A DNA stretch of 64,000 nucleotides from Candidatus Gastranaerophilales bacterium (GCA_944323485.1 CALUSR010000001.1:386437-450436), one strand, 5' to 3'; shown: positions 38,403-48,951, counted from the first letter of the stretch. Program-made: numbers and translations. The notes: generated from the letters alone by a model not told the origin.

Positions 38403-39034
38403 TATCGGATTATTTTGAACGAGTTTTTGTGGTAGTCAATCAAATTTTGTTTTTTCATTTTGGATAACTCTCTTGATAGAGCGCTTCTATCGGCGCCTAT
38501 ATATTCGGCGAACTCATCTCTTGAGTATGAGATATCAAATGTTTCAACATTTTGCTTTTCTTTTTCTTTGTTGAGAAAGTGCATAATTCTTTCTCTCAGA
38601 GTCTTTTTTCCGAGCAATTCGACTCTTTCCTGAAGAAATAAATTTTTCTTTGCGACAATTTTTATCAAATTTTCTATTAATTTTTTATGGAACGGGCATG
38701 TATTTGAGCAAACTGAAAGCACTTTTTGGAAGTCAAGGAACAATATTTCCGTTTCTTCAAGCGCTTTTGCATTTATTTTGCTGTGTTTTATTCCCGAACA
38801 AACAAAGGCTTCCGCAAAAGATTCTCCGCTGAAAACTTTTGCTACAATGATTTTGTTTCCGTTGTAGTCATCTTTTGAGAGCTGTACAGAACCTTTTATT
38901 ATGTAGCAGATAGAGGTTATTTTATCTCCGTATGAAAATATAACTTCGTTTTTAGCATAAGTTTTTTTGACGGTATGCAGGCATGATTTTAAGATTTCTT
39001 TTTTTCCTTCATCTATCCCATCGAATATATTCAT
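38402..39034 (-). CDS. Crp/Fnr-family regulator (HcpR-like)
   Basis: cNMP-binding domain (YAKNEVIF..GD, GESFAE), TLRERI, HTH SRDEFAEYIGADRSALSRELSKM; divergent from hcp. Confidence 0.88.
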   Translation of the reverse strand: MNIFDGIDEGKKEILKSCLHTVKKTYAKNEVIFSYGDKITSICYIIKGSVQLSKDDYNGNKIIVAKVFSGESFAEAFVCSGIKHSKINAKALEETEILFLDFQKVLSVCSNTCPFHKKLIENLIKIVAKKNLFLQERVELLGKKTLRERIMHFLNKEKEKQNVETFDISYSRDEFAEYIGADRSALSRELSKMKKQNLIDYHKNSFKIIR

Positions 39035-39054
39035 TAAGATTACCCCTCAAAATT

Positions 39055-39097
39055 CGTTGCATGTGCAACAGATATTTGTATGATAGCAATTTATAAT
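39055..39097 (+). promoter_or_regulatory. Class II activator-dependent promoter of hcp
   Basis: Palindrome CGTTGCATGTGCAACA (39055-70) is centred at -41.5 if TATAAT (39092-97) is the -12..-7 box. Confidence 0.7.
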
Positions 39098-39126
39098 TTG
39101 GTTGTGAATATATGGAGAAAAGAAAT

Positions 39127-40659
39127 ATGAACAAGATGTTTTGCTTTCAGTGCGAGCAGACCGCAAAATGCAGCGGATGTACACAGGCCGGTGTTTGCGG
39201 TAAATCGGCGGATGTTGCAAATTTGCAGGATGAGCTGACAAGCTTGCTGATAAAACTTGCAAATGTTTGCGATAGAACTGATGATAATACACAATTGCTG
39301 ATTGAGGGGTTGTTTACGACAATTACGAACGTAAATTTTGATGATAATTCAATCAGTGCACTGATTGAAGAAGTCGTTTCAAAATCAGGAGAAAAAGACT
39401 TTGATATCCAAACAGTATGGGACTGCGATGAGGATACAAGAAGCTTGAAATCTCTCATACTTTTTGGTTTGAAAGGGGTTGCCGCTTATGCACATCATGC
39501 AAGGATTCTCGGGTATAAAGATGATGATGTTGAAAGCTTTTTTTATGAAGCTTTGAGCGCATTATCAAAAAATTTGTCATCTGATGATTTGCTTGCTATG
39601 GTTTTGAAAACAGGAGAAATAAATCTGAAGTGTATGGAACTCCTTGATAGAGCAAACACTGAAACCTACGGTCATCCTGTTCCGACAAAGGTAGTGACCA
39701 ATGTTGAAAAAGGTCCTTTTATTGTAGTAACTGGACATGACCTGCATGATTTGGCTCTTTTGCTTGAGCAAACAGAAGGTAAGGGAATAAATATTTATAC
39801 CCACGGTGAAATGCTTCCTTGTCATGCTTATCCTGAACTGAAAAAATATAAACATCTCAAAGGCAACTTTGGAACGGCATGGCAAAATCAGCAAAAAGAA
39901 TTTGACAATCTTCCCGGAGCAATATTGTTTACGACAAATTGTATTATGCCTGTGAGAGAGAGTTATAAAGACAGAGTTTTTACAACTTCGGTTGTGCAGT
40001 ATCCTGAATGTAAACACATAGGTGATGATAAAGATTTTACTCCTGTGATAAAGAAGGCGTTAGAACTCGGCGGATATTCGGAAGATAAGAAAATGAAAGG
40101 TATCAACGGCGGAGATGTATTAACAGTCGGCTTCGGGCATAATACCGTTTTGTCTGTAGCGGATAAAGTTGTTGACGCCGTAAAGTCAGGTGCGCTCAAG
40201 CATATATTTCTCGTCGGAGGATGCGATGGTGCAAAACCGGGGAGAAATTATTATACCGACTTTGTGAAAAAGACGCCCGATGATACGATTGTTTTAACGC
40301 TTGCCTGCGGGAAGTTCAGGTTTAATGATATTAATTTGGGCGAAGCAGGCGGTCTCCCTCGCTTGCTTGATATGGGGCAGTGCAATGATGCTTATAGTGC
40401 GATAAAAGTTGCTGTTGAACTTTCAAAAGTCTTCGGGTGTTCGGTTAATGAGCTTCCGTTATCTTTGGTCTTATCATGGTATGAGCAGAAGGCTGTTTGT
40501 ATTCTTTTGACATTATTTTATCTTGGAATTGAAAACATTCGTCTCGGTCCTACGCTCCCTGCGTTTGTTTCTCCAAATGTGTTGAATATTCTTGTCGAAA
40601 AATTTAAGATTAAGCCGATTACAACACCGGAGAAAGATTTGGCTGATATTTTGAATTGA
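39127..40659 (+). CDS. hcp: Hybrid cluster protein (hydroxylamine/NO reductase)
   Basis: MFCFQCEQTA..GC...GVCGK, VTGHDL, THGEMLP, TTNC, VGGCDG, GQCNDAYS, SWYEQKAV; start placed at the ATG after GGAG. Confidence 0.96.
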   Translation: MNKMFCFQCEQTAKCSGCTQAGVCGKSADVANLQDELTSLLIKLANVCDRTDDNTQLLIEGLFTTITNVNFDDNSISALIEEVVSKSGEKDFDIQTVWDCDEDTRSLKSLILFGLKGVAAYAHHARILGYKDDDVESFFYEALSALSKNLSSDDLLAMVLKTGEINLKCMELLDRANTETYGHPVPTKVVTNVEKGPFIVVTGHDLHDLALLLEQTEGKGINIYTHGEMLPCHAYPELKKYKHLKGNFGTAWQNQQKEFDNLPGAILFTTNCIMPVRESYKDRVFTTSVVQYPECKHIGDDKDFTPVIKKALELGGYSEDKKMKGINGGDVLTVGFGHNTVLSVADKVVDAVKSGALKHIFLVGGCDGAKPGRNYYTDFVKKTPDDTIVLTLACGKFRFNDINLGEAGGLPRLLDMGQCNDAYSAIKVAVELSKVFGCSVNELPLSLVLSWYEQKAVCILLTLFYLGIENIRLGPTLPAFVSPNVLNILVEKFKIKPITTPEKDLADILN

Positions 40660-40680
40660 TATTAAAGAAAGGATAGATAT

Positions 40681-40995
40681 ATGACAAATTTTGAAAAACA
40701 GGTAATTGATTTGAAATCGGCGATTGAGATACAGGAAAATTCAGTTGTCAGTAAAACATTAACTGCTAACACCTCCAGCTCGCTTACTTTGTTTGCGTTT
40801 GATAAAAACCAGTCCATAGCTACCCATACGGCTCCTGTCAATGCTGTTGTACAGGTAATTGAAGGAGAAGTTGAGATAACGATTTCCGATGAAAAATTTA
40901 TTCTCAAAGAGGGGGAGATTATTTTAATGCCCGAAGGCGAGCCTCATAGTTTGCTTGCTTTGACACCGTTCAAGATGGTGCTGTTCAAAGTTTAG
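40681..40995 (+). CDS. Cupin domain protein
   Basis: LFAFDKNQSIATHTAP, QVIEGEVEI, IILMPEGEPHSL. Confidence 0.88.
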   Translation: MTNFEKQVIDLKSAIEIQENSVVSKTLTANTSSSLTLFAFDKNQSIATHTAPVNAVVQVIEGEVEITISDEKFILKEGEIILMPEGEPHSLLALTPFKMVLFKV

Positions 40996-40996
40996 T

Positions 40997-41767
40997 TTAC
41001 ACTGAGAGCAGGACATCAAAACCGTTTTTTTCAAACATGGTTTTTATATCAAACAGAGCCTCCTTTTTTGGAGGTTTTGTTGTAAGAGTGTATTTTAGTC
41101 CGAGTTTTGTCCATTTTTCCTTGCCCATTTCATGGTAAGGCAGGAGTTCGATTTTTTCGATGATATTTTTGTAGTCTTTAAGATAGTTTATCAAATGGTT
41201 TATATAGCTTTCGTCCATAGTCCATTCAGGTAGCAGTACCTGACGTATCCATGTTTTTTTATTATGTTCTTTTAGTGCTTGCAGAAATTTGAGGACTTTT
41301 TTGTTGTCTTTGCCTGTCAGTTCAAGATGTTTTGGGGAGTCGAGATGTTTTATGTCAAGAAGGAACAAATCAGTGTATGCGAACAATTCTTTGATTATTT
41401 CGTCAACTTCGATATATCCGCATGTATCTGCAGCTGTATGGATATTTTCTTTTTTCAGTTTTTTGAACAGGTTTAAAATAAATTTTGCCTGCAAAAGAGG
41501 TTCTCCTCCTGAAACTGTTACGCCACCGTTTGAGAGAGCGAAGAAATCTTTATATTTCATGATTTCGTTGAAGAGCTCTTCTTCTGTCTTTATCTTGTCA
41601 GGCTGAAGCTGCCAGGTATCAGGGTTATGGCAGAATTTACATCTTAGAGGGCACATCTGAAAAAAGATAACGTATCTTATTCCGGGGCCGTCTACCGTTC
41701 CGCCTGTTTCAACAGAGTGTATGTAAGCTTTCTTATCATTGTCCATAGCAAAAAAATTATTGCACAA
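40997..41767 (-). CDS. pflA: Pyruvate formate-lyase activating enzyme
   Basis: GTVDGPGIR, CPLRCKFCHNPDTW, GVTVSGGEPLLQ, ELLPYHEMG; adjacent to pflB; the real start may be ATG 41746. Confidence 0.95.
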   Translation of the reverse strand: MCNNFFAMDNDKKAYIHSVETGGTVDGPGIRYVIFFQMCPLRCKFCHNPDTWQLQPDKIKTEEELFNEIMKYKDFFALSNGGVTVSGGEPLLQAKFILNLFKKLKKENIHTAADTCGYIEVDEIIKELFAYTDLFLLDIKHLDSPKHLELTGKDNKKVLKFLQALKEHNKKTWIRQVLLPEWTMDESYINHLINYLKDYKNIIEKIELLPYHEMGKEKWTKLGLKYTLTTKPPKKEALFDIKTMFEKNGFDVLLSV

Positions 41768-41801
41768 AAAAGAGAAGACAGGTACAATGTCTTCTCTTTT
41801 T
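41766..41801. terminator. Terminator-like hairpin between pflB and pflA
   Basis: AAAAAAGAGAAGACA-ggtacaa-TGTCTTCTCTTTTT. Confidence 0.7.
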
Positions 41802-41817
41802 CGAGTATGATTTGGAA

Positions 41818-44070
41818 TTAGAATTTGTCATGGAAGGTTCTTGAAATTACATCCTCCTGCTGTGCCCTTGTCAGTTTGATAAAGTTGACCGCATAGCCTG
41901 ATACCCTTATTGTCAGCTGAGGATATTTTTCGGGGTGTTCCATGGCATCTTTGAGAGTCTCTCTATCAAGAACATTCACGTTAATGTGTTGTCCGTGTTT
42001 TGACATATAACCGTCAATCATTCCTTTGAGATTGTCGATTCTGTTTTCTTCGGTTTTTCCTAAAGATGACGGGATGATTGAGAAGGTATTTGAAATGCCG
42101 TCTTTTGCATATTTGAACGGGAGTTTTGCAACAGAACATAAAGATGCAAGTGCTCCGCATTCGTCTCTTCCATGGAGCGGGTTTGCTCCAGGAGCAAACG
42201 GTATTCCTGCCTTTCTCCCGTCAGGAGTATTTCCTGTTTTCTTTCCATAGACAACATTTGAAGTTATTGTCAGGATTGATTGAGTTGGGATTGCTTCTCT
42301 GTATGTCGGCAGTTGTTCTATTTTTTTCATAAATTTTTCAATAAGCGATGTTGCGATAGAGTCAACTCTGTCGTCGTTATTGCCGAATTTAGGGAAATCC
42401 CCTTCTATTTCGAAATCAACGGCAATGCCATGTTCATTTCTGACGGGTTTAACTTTTGCATATTTGATGGCAGAGAGTGAATCAACGGTAACGGAGAATC
42501 CCGCTATACCGCAGCCGAGTTTTCTGACTACGTCTTTATCCATCAGCGCAAGCTGTGCTTTTTCGTAGTAATATTTATCATGCATAAAGTGGATTATGTT
42601 CAGCGCATTTACATAAGTTTTTGCAAGCCAATCCATCATAGCGTCAAATTTTTGTATTACTTCGTTGTAATCCAGATATTCCGATGTGATTGGTTCAAAT
42701 CCTTCCGCCACTTTTGCAAAAGATTTTTCGTCTATTCCTCCGTTTATTGAGTACAGGAGTGCTTTTGCAAGGTTTGCACGGGCTCCGAAAAATTGCATTT
42801 CTTTTCCTATAATCATTGGTGATACGCAGCAGGCAATCCCGTAGTCATCACCAAACAGCGGGCGCATCAGATCATCATTTTCATATTGAATTGATGATGT
42901 GCTGATTGAGAGCTTTGAGCAGAATTTTTTAAAGTTTTCAGGCATGTTTTTGGACCAGAGAACAGTCATATTAGGTTCCGGAGCAGGACCCAGGTTGGTC
43001 AAAGAGTGCAGCATTCTGTAACAGTTTTTTGTGACAAGTGTTCTTCCGTCAGTTCCCATTCCTCCGATGGATTCTGTTACCCAAACCGGATCTCCGCTGA
43101 AAAGTTCATTATATTCCGGTGTCCTCAGGAAACGAACCATTCTCAGTTTGATAACGAAGTCATCCATAATTTCCTGTGCCTGAGATTCTGTGAGCAGTCC
43201 GAGTTTAATATCTCTTTCAGAGTAGATATCGAGGAATGTTGATACTCTTCCGAGTGACATAGCTGCTCCATTCTGGTCTTTTATTGCGGCGAGATAGCCA
43301 AAGTAAGTCCATTGGACAGCTTCTCTAAAGTTTGATGCAGGCTTTGAAATGTCATAACCATAAGATTGTGCCATTCTTTTCATTGCTTCCAGAGCAAGAA
43401 TTTGTTCAGAGAGTTCTTCTCTTTCCCTTATGATATCTGAGGTCATATTCATATGGTCGGTCGAAGATTTTTGTTTTTGTTTATCTTCAATCAATCGGTC
43501 GATACCATAGAGTGCGACACGTCTGTAATCTCCGATAATTCTTCCTCTCCCGTAGGCATCAGGCAGTCCTGTAATTATTCCGCTTTTTCTGCAGGCTCTG
43601 ATTTCGGGTGTATAAGCTTGGAAAACCCCTTCGTTGTGAGTCTTTCTGTATTTTGTAAAAATTTCTTTTACTTTTTCATCTTCTTCCAAACCGTAAGCAT
43701 GACATGATGATTCAACCATTCTGTATCCGCCGTAAGGCATGATGGCTCTTTTGAGTGGTGCATCTGTTTGTAAACCTACAATCAATTCATCGTCTTTATC
43801 TATGTAGCCGGCATCAAAGGCGTCGATGCCTGAAGGAGTTGATGTGTCCGCATCAAGAAGCCCGTTGTTGGCGTGTTCCTGAGTCATCAGGTCTTTAACT
43901 TTTGTCCAGATTCTTTCGGTTCTTTTTGTTGTCCCTGTTAAAAACTCGTCACTGCCTTCGTAGGGGGTGTAGTTTTTTTGTATAAAATCAACAACATCAA
44001 TATTTTCCATCCAGTTTCCCGGAGTGAAAGTTTCCCATGGTGTTGATAATTTTTCGAGTGTATTCTGCAT
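41818..44070 (-). CDS. pflB: Pyruvate formate-lyase (formate C-acetyltransferase)
   Basis: [24 protein letters not shown] (Cys-Cys active site), TIRVSGYAV (glycyl radical). Confidence 0.98.
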   Translation of the reverse strand: MQNTLEKLSTPWETFTPGNWMENIDVVDFIQKNYTPYEGSDEFLTGTTKRTERIWTKVKDLMTQEHANNGLLDADTSTPSGIDAFDAGYIDKDDELIVGLQTDAPLKRAIMPYGGYRMVESSCHAYGLEEDEKVKEIFTKYRKTHNEGVFQAYTPEIRACRKSGIITGLPDAYGRGRIIGDYRRVALYGIDRLIEDKQKQKSSTDHMNMTSDIIREREELSEQILALEAMKRMAQSYGYDISKPASNFREAVQWTYFGYLAAIKDQNGAAMSLGRVSTFLDIYSERDIKLGLLTESQAQEIMDDFVIKLRMVRFLRTPEYNELFSGDPVWVTESIGGMGTDGRTLVTKNCYRMLHSLTNLGPAPEPNMTVLWSKNMPENFKKFCSKLSISTSSIQYENDDLMRPLFGDDYGIACCVSPMIIGKEMQFFGARANLAKALLYSINGGIDEKSFAKVAEGFEPITSEYLDYNEVIQKFDAMMDWLAKTYVNALNIIHFMHDKYYYEKAQLALMDKDVVRKLGCGIAGFSVTVDSLSAIKYAKVKPVRNEHGIAVDFEIEGDFPKFGNNDDRVDSIATSLIEKFMKKIEQLPTYREAIPTQSILTITSNVVYGKKTGNTPDGRKAGIPFAPGANPLHGRDECGALASLCSVAKLPFKYAKDGISNTFSIIPSSLGKTEENRIDNLKGMIDGYMSKHGQHINVNVLDRETLKDAMEHPEKYPQLTIRVSGYAVNFIKLTRAQQEDVISRTFHDKF

Positions 44071-44211
44071 TGTTCTCTCTCCTTTGTCGGTTTTAGAGGA
44101 ATTTTACGATTATATCATTTTGTTTTTTGCATGTGTATTTTGTAAACATATTGTTAGTCTTGCCTAACTAATTATAGCAAAAAATTTTTTTTGTTGTCAA
44201 CATCAATAGAA

Positions 44212-45273
44212 TTAATAAGTCGGGTTATTTTGTTCGGGATGATTTTTTTCGAGATATTTGTCTATTTTATCTGAGATATATGTGGAGAAGACGGGGAGTA
44301 TTCCGTAGTAGATTCCTGCAAAGATAATTGTCGGTCTGAGAATGTTTATTCCTTCGATATATTTGGAAAGTTTCGGGTCAGCTTTGTTTATTTGTGCGAA
44401 TTTGTTGATAAATTTGTCTGTTTGCTTTTTGATGAGTCTGTCGATACTATAGCCACCTGTTAGTGTTATGGCGGTAGATATTACGTTGTTGTAAATAAGA
44501 GCTTTTTTGCGATTATCTTTAATTTTTTTACTTTTGTGCGTTTGGTATGCAAATGATGAAGTAAGCAAGATGTCTGTAGCTGCTGATATATGCTTTGCAA
44601 TATTTTTTTCTTCATATTGATGTCTTTTGGCGAAGTTTTGAAATTTTATGTTATCAAGAATTTTTCCAAGACCTTTTGCTGTGAGGTTTGTGAGTTTGCC
44701 GTTGAAGGATAGCTGCTTTGTGTTTGGTTTTTGACTTGAGGTTGGTTTTTGAGTGATTGTTGTTTGAGTATCATTTTTTTTGATATGAAAAATTTTGTCC
44801 ATCAGAACCGGCAGCAGTGCGATTGTGAGCATTGATTTCGGAACGGCTGTCAGAAAGCCTGTACCGAGTTTAAGGATTTGTGTTGCGAGGTTGTAACTCT
44901 TTGAGTCGATGAGTTTTTCTGAGGATGATTGAAGATTTTTTATGGTTGAGGGTTTGAGATATTTTTGAGGGTTTTGGTCGATTTTTTTTACGGCGTTTTC
45001 GACGGGCAGTGCAATTGCTTCGACAAGACCGAATTTGATAAGCCCGGAGCAGATAGAATTTGTGCTTGCATACTGTTTGTTTTCTTTTTCTGTGTTTGGT
45101 GTTGAAAGGATTGCAAGCGGTCTGACTCCGAGAGCCATAACGAGTGATGTGCCGGCTGCGAAAGACGTGCCGTGTTCTGAGATTTTTTCCAGACCTTTCA
45201 GGAGTGTTTTATTGTTGAGCATTCCTCTAAAGTTTGTGGAGTTTGAATTTATGTTTCTGTTGCTTATTTGCAT
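44212..45273 (-). CDS. Hypothetical membrane protein with internal tandem duplication
   Basis: Several hydrophobic segments; the halves start NFRG...KGLEKI and SFNG...KGLGKI; start placed at MQISN. Confidence 0.65.
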   Translation of the reverse strand: MQISNRNINSNSTNFRGMLNNKTLLKGLEKISEHGTSFAAGTSLVMALGVRPLAILSTPNTEKENKQYASTNSICSGLIKFGLVEAIALPVENAVKKIDQNPQKYLKPSTIKNLQSSSEKLIDSKSYNLATQILKLGTGFLTAVPKSMLTIALLPVLMDKIFHIKKNDTQTTITQKPTSSQKPNTKQLSFNGKLTNLTAKGLGKILDNIKFQNFAKRHQYEEKNIAKHISAATDILLTSSFAYQTHKSKKIKDNRKKALIYNNVISTAITLTGGYSIDRLIKKQTDKFINKFAQINKADPKLSKYIEGINILRPTIIFAGIYYGILPVFSTYISDKIDKYLEKNHPEQNNPTY

Positions 45274-45374
45274 TTGTTTGTTCCTGATTAATAGTAGACA
45301 ACACACAAGGGAAAAAGTAAAACATAACAGAGTTGTAGAAATTCAAATAAAACGGCTTTTATTTTATAATAGAT

Positions 45375-46067
45375 ATGATGAGCATATTAAATTTTGTAAA
45401 AGCAGAGTTAAGCGGGTGGGGAAAATATGAGAGAGTGTTGTTCCCTTTAGAGATTTTGCTGATTATAGGTATTTCTTTTTATACCGGTGACAGCAAGATA
45501 GCATTGGTGTCTGCTGTCTGCGGGATAAGTTATACTATTCTTGCTGGAAAAGGTAAGATTTCGTGCTATTTGTTCGGTCTGTGCGGAACGATGTGTTATG
45601 CTTATCTTGCTTTTGTGAATGCATTTTTCGGAAATTTTGCACTTTATATGTTTTATTATTTCCCGATGCAGATAGTCGGAATATTCAAATGGCGCAAGCA
45701 TTTGAAGAAAGATACCCAGGAGATAATCAAGACTTCTCTTTCAGGTAGAGAAAGGGTTATCTTTTTCGGGTTGGCTGCTGTTGTTTCTTTTTTGTGCGCA
45801 CTGATTTTGAGAAAACTCGGTGATGCAACGCCTTATGTTGATTCTTTTGCTACTGTGTTTTCCGTTCTCGGGCTTTTGTTAACGATAAAACGCTGTATTG
45901 AACAGTGGGTTGTATGGTTTGTTGTGAATGCTTTGTCTGTTATTATGTGGGTTGATGCGTATATGAACGGTTCGAATTGTTTGGCGACAGTTATTATGTG
46001 GATGACTTATCTTGTTCTTGCCGTTTATTTCTGGCGGGCATGGCGTCGTGAGATGACCGATAGTTAG
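45375..46067 (+). CDS. pnuC: Nicotinamide riboside/vitamin transporter PnuC
   Basis: ILAGKGKISCYLFG, MQIVGIFKW, DSFAT, EQWVVWFVVN. Confidence 0.85.
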   Translation: MMSILNFVKAELSGWGKYERVLFPLEILLIIGISFYTGDSKIALVSAVCGISYTILAGKGKISCYLFGLCGTMCYAYLAFVNAFFGNFALYMFYYFPMQIVGIFKWRKHLKKDTQEIIKTSLSGRERVIFFGLAAVVSFLCALILRKLGDATPYVDSFATVFSVLGLLLTIKRCIEQWVVWFVVNALSVIMWVDAYMNGSNCLATVIMWMTYLVLAVYFWRAWRREMTDS

Positions 46068-46070
46068 TTG

Positions 46071-46391
46071 TCATTTGATAATGGCGGATACAATTTTGTA
46101 GATAATCTTCTTTTCCTCTTCTGAAGCTTGTTTGAACATTTTTGTGATTTCTTTTTCTAAATCGATGGTTTCTTCAAGATGTTTTGTGTCGAACAAGTCT
46201 TTGATTTCGACATGAAATGCTTTTGCAAGTTTTTCAAGGTTTTCATAACTGGTGAAATAGCTCCCTGTCTCAATACGACTGATTGTCTGATAGTCAAGGT
46301 CAACTATTTCAGAGAGTTGTTCTTGAGTGTAGTGTTTTTTTTCTCTGAGTTCTTTTATACGTTTTCCGAATAGTTTATTTCCAGATGCCAT
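46071..46391 (-). CDS. XRE-family HTH regulator
   Basis: FGKRIKELREK..YTQEQLSE...ISRIETG...LEKLAKAF. Confidence 0.9.
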   Translation of the reverse strand: MASGNKLFGKRIKELREKKHYTQEQLSEIVDLDYQTISRIETGSYFTSYENLEKLAKAFHVEIKDLFDTKHLEETIDLEKEITKMFKQASEEEKKIIYKIVSAIIK

Positions 46392-46547
46392 ATTTTCCTC
46401 CGATATTGATTATGTTATCGAAGAATAGTATTATTAAGAATGTCATAAAATGTTGTATTAAATTGACATATTATATGTATTACGTATACTAATAATAGTT
46501 ATATGTATAATTATCAGTTAAATTTATAAGTTTTATGTTTAGTATGG

Positions 46548-47441
46548 ATGAGTTTTATGACAAAAAATATAAGATTATATTATGTGGGTACCCGTGGAAT
46601 TAATTTTGGTGATTCAATAAATCCCGTATTGTTTGAAAGGATTTTTGGAGTCTGCGTAAAAAGAGGATTCCCTACAAACTGTGATGTTGTAGGGATAGGC
46701 TCTCTTATGCAGATGTTTACGCTTAGGCATATTATAAAGAACAGTAAGTATTTGTATTTTTTGAAGTATAATTACAAGCCTGTTGTTACAATGGGAACAG
46801 GGTTTTGCTGTGATATCAGCAAATTCAATTTTGGTATTCAAACATATAGAGAGGTTAATCCGTTGATTTTGAGAGGGAGGTTGTCTCATGAGGTATTGGA
46901 GAGCGTGAACAAGAAAAAATATTCCGGTGTTGTATATGGTGATTTGGGGCTTTTATGTTCTTATCTGCAGGATAAAAAAACGATAAAACGTTATGCAGTC
47001 GGATTTGTCCCACACAAGTTTGATTATGATAATCCGAAGATAGAGTTTTTGTTGAGGTCGATTCCAAAGTCAGTTTTGATAGATTTGAGAGAGCCGCCTA
47101 TTGAGACACTGAATAAGATTGCGGAGTGTGATACAATCGTTTCTTCGAGTTTGCATGGTTTGGTGGCTGCTGATAGTTTGGGTATTCCGAATATGAGAAT
47201 GAAGTTGTCAAATCACGGGTTTGATTTTAATGTAGATTTTAAATTTGATGATTATTATTCGGTTTTTTGGGGCAGCAGGGGATATATTAATTTGATTGGT
47301 GTTGAAAATATTGATGCGGGGTTGCTTTCAAAGTTTATGCCGGATAAGGTATGCGAGAATTATGCTATTTCAGGCGCTGAGGTAAAAAGTTGTCAAGATA
47401 GCCTGCTTGTTGAGGGACGGAAGTTTTTTGAGTTTATTTAG
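46548..47441 (+). CDS. Polysaccharide pyruvyl transferase family protein
   Basis: NFGDSINP, GIGSL, LRGRLS, GDLGLL, GFVPH, SSSLHGLVAADSLGIP, FKFDDYY. Confidence 0.88.
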   Translation: MSFMTKNIRLYYVGTRGINFGDSINPVLFERIFGVCVKRGFPTNCDVVGIGSLMQMFTLRHIIKNSKYLYFLKYNYKPVVTMGTGFCCDISKFNFGIQTYREVNPLILRGRLSHEVLESVNKKKYSGVVYGDLGLLCSYLQDKKTIKRYAVGFVPHKFDYDNPKIEFLLRSIPKSVLIDLREPPIETLNKIAECDTIVSSSLHGLVAADSLGIPNMRMKLSNHGFDFNVDFKFDDYYSVFWGSRGYINLIGVENIDAGLLSKFMPDKVCENYAISGAEVKSCQDSLLVEGRKFFEFI

Positions 47442-47466
47442 GGATTTTTGAAACCATTTTTGTTTT

Positions 47467-48576
47467 TTAGACCCCTGTGAAAGTACGGGTATTTTTGACA
47501 CCGAGTTTTTCAAGACCTTTTTTCATTAAGTACAGTGTCAGAAAACTCAAAACAAAAACTGTCACAAGTCTTGATGCTGAGATGAAAAATACGGCAACAC
47601 CGTTGAGCAAGCCGTCAACAGGTATTGAAGGAGCGAGTTTGAATATATAGTTGAAGAGGAATACATAATACCAGTGAACAAAGAACAGTCCGAAGCTGTA
47701 TTTGGCAGTTATATCCATAAATTTGTTGAATTTTGTCATGGATTTGATTTTTTCATCATAATGTTTGAGATAAGCAAGAGCGATGACAGTGAGCAGCAGT
47801 TTTGAAGCTGTACCGTTCATAACATTGTATTTTATTCCGAGGAAGACATCGAAGGCTGAAACCAGCACCATCAGGAATATCAGCAGATATCTTTTGTCAT
47901 AGAATTTATCAATCATCTCACCGTATTTTGAAAAATACATTCCGAGAACATAGCAGGAAGCAAAATGAACAAATCCCATGAGAACGTATTTGAGATAAGC
48001 TATATACCTTCCAGTATAATCAAGGTTCATTACCCAGTCAGGTTCTATATCTCCTCTTGGAACGAAGATTGTAACAAGAAGCAGGAGAGGAAGAAGTTTG
48101 TAGAGAATATTTTTTCTTTCGAGATACAAAAGCAGCGCACTCAAAATGAAAAATATGGTAATCATAGGCATAAACCATGTAGGAACGTTATGGACACGCC
48201 CTGTGGTGATAAAGATGCCGATTTGAGCAAATATATTCATTCCGTCGAAAGGGTTTTTATATATGTTAGGAATTGTAAGACAGGCGATAATACCGGGGAT
48301 TGATGTTATGAAGTAAGGAATTATGACGTTTTGCCATTTCTTTTTCAAATAATTTTTGTATTCGAACTTGTATGATAGATACTGGAACAGATAACCGGCA
48401 ATGAAGACAAACAAAGCTGTGCCGCCTGCAAAAATTTCAAAAGAGATGTATTTTTCGATTGAACCTGCTTCCCCAAACTGCATTGTATGAGCCATCAGGA
48501 TAAGGATGATTGCAATCCCCCTGAATACATTAATGTAGTTTAGCATAGGCTTTTTTTTGATATTTGTATCATTCAT
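47467..48576 (-). CDS. Acyltransferase family 3 (membrane O-acyltransferase, OafA-like)
   Basis: INVFRGIAI, LFVFIAGY, WFMP, YSFGLFFVHW; start at MNDTN after a GAGGAGG RBS. Confidence 0.88.
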   Translation of the reverse strand: MNDTNIKKKPMLNYINVFRGIAIILILMAHTMQFGEAGSIEKYISFEIFAGGTALFVFIAGYLFQYLSYKFEYKNYLKKKWQNVIIPYFITSIPGIIACLTIPNIYKNPFDGMNIFAQIGIFITTGRVHNVPTWFMPMITIFFILSALLLYLERKNILYKLLPLLLLVTIFVPRGDIEPDWVMNLDYTGRYIAYLKYVLMGFVHFASCYVLGMYFSKYGEMIDKFYDKRYLLIFLMVLVSAFDVFLGIKYNVMNGTASKLLLTVIALAYLKHYDEKIKSMTKFNKFMDITAKYSFGLFFVHWYYVFLFNYIFKLAPSIPVDGLLNGVAVFFISASRLVTVFVLSFLTLYLMKKGLEKLGVKNTRTFTGV

Positions 48577-48646
48577 GGGGGTGCCTCCTCTTTTTGTATG
48601 TATAAAATTTATCATAAACAAATATGGCAGACCATACAAACTTTTG

Positions 48647-48796
48647 GGAATTTATATAACAAATTCCACAGATAATATTAAAAGTCCGTCATTCTGAGGG
48701 CTTTAGCAAGAAGAATCCTTTTTGTTCAGATACTTCGCTAACGCTCAGTATGACGTTGTTTTGGAAATTTTTGGCGGAATTTGCTATATAAGTTTC
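48647..48796. mobile_element. MITE copy 2: 150 bp, 21-bp TIRs, 8-bp TSD AACTTTTG (48639-48646 / 48797-48804)
   Basis: TIRs GGAATTTATATAACAAATTCC and GGAATTTGCTATATAAGTTTC (18/21); perfect 8-bp flanking duplication different from that of copy 1. Confidence 0.9.
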
Positions 48797-48951
48797 AACT
48801 TTTGTTGCCGGAAAAATTTACAGTCTTGCAGAGCTTTAGGCTGAAGAAAATAGTTGCAAACAGATGGATTGACACACATATTGTGTGTTTGGATTTGACT
48901 TTGGCCGTTTATTTAAATAAAGTTATAGATATACGAAGTTTGTTCTGAGGA

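Noticed and set aside
44153-44168. GTTAG-N6-CTAAC upstream of pflB as a Rex or Fnr box
   Set aside because: Only 5-bp arms, and spacing and sequence do not fit the known consensus; likely chance
16814-48796. The two 150-bp repeats as a CRISPR remnant or as attL/attR of a 32-kb island
   Set aside because: No repeat-spacer periodicity or cas genes. Each copy has its own distinct 8-bp target duplication, so they are independent insertions, and the DNA between them is housekeeping.
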